Shown here piece by piece: positions 45,301 through 45,562 of a stretch of DNA of 45,562 nucleotides. The stretch is from Callorhinchus milii. Taxonomy: Eukaryota. The translations under genes and the position numbers were made by a program. A model generated the notes under the pieces. It saw only the letters and a list, made by a program, of their open reading frames with translations, made no database searches and was not told the origin of the DNA. The stretch is from assembly GCF_018977255.1 (NCBI RefSeq), contig NW_024705427.1, positions 1-45,562 of the forward strand, given 5' to 3'. Numbering within the stretch: the first letter of the stretch is position 1; each line of letters opens with the position of its first letter.

Positions 45301-45562
45301 AGTGGTTATAGTAGTTAGGTAATAGTGGTTGTCGTGGTAGTTATAGTAGTTAGGTAATGGTGGTTGTGGTAATGGTTATAGTAGTAGTTATAGTAGTTAG
45401 GTAATGGTGGTTGTGGTAGTGGTTGCAGTTATAGTAGTTAGGTAATAGTGGTTGTAGTGGTAGTTATAGTAGTTAGGTAATAGTGCTTGTGGTAGTGGTT
45501 GTAGTGGTAGTTATAGTAGTTAGGTAATGGTGGTTGTGGTAGTGGTTGTAGTGGTAGTTGTA
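18394..45562. repeat. Satellite, major unit 47 bp (TAGGTAATGGTGGTTGTGGTAGTGGTTGTAGTGGTAGTTATAGTAGT) with 35/41/44-bp variants and higher-order duplications
   Basis: TTAGGTAAT anchor recurs throughout, units are built from GGT/AGT/TGT triplets, and C is nearly absent on the + strand. Runs off the window end. Confidence 0.97.

Noticed and set aside
18394..45562. Telomere (TTAGG/TTAGGG) or Thr-rich mucin/antifreeze gene on the minus strand
   Set aside because: TTAGG occurs once per unit and never in tandem. The 47-bp period and frequent TAA break all frames, and the ORF track lists nothing here.

Overview
Repeat-rich, intron-containing vertebrate genomic DNA, probably lamprey. That is an inference from V-SINEs, very GC-rich codons and the transposon repertoire. 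The first 18.4 kb hold two gene fragments on the minus strand. One is the last two exons of SLC24A5/NCKX5 (3032-2933, 2463-2141), which carry several small deletions. The other is the first three coding exons of a highly divergent CDK4/6-derived kinase (13943-12219) that has lost its HRD, DFG and PSTAIRE-like motifs. The CDK C-lobe exons and the upstream SLC24A5 exons are not visible, so the two genes look joined across a breakpoint or misassembly. Around them are nested mobile elements: V-SINEs, Helentron/HINE-like elements with G-quadruplex-type cores, Penelope-like pLTRs with minimal hammerhead-like motifs, and RTE LINE remnants. There are also two inverted Tigger/pogo-like MITEs carrying 33-bp arrays and a 59-bp array amplified inside a SINE tRNA head. 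From 18394 to the end (about 27 kb) is a C-poor, strand-asymmetric ~47-bp satellite with kb-scale higher-order duplications. No prokaryotic system or CRISPR array is supported, and the long repeat ORFs are artefacts.
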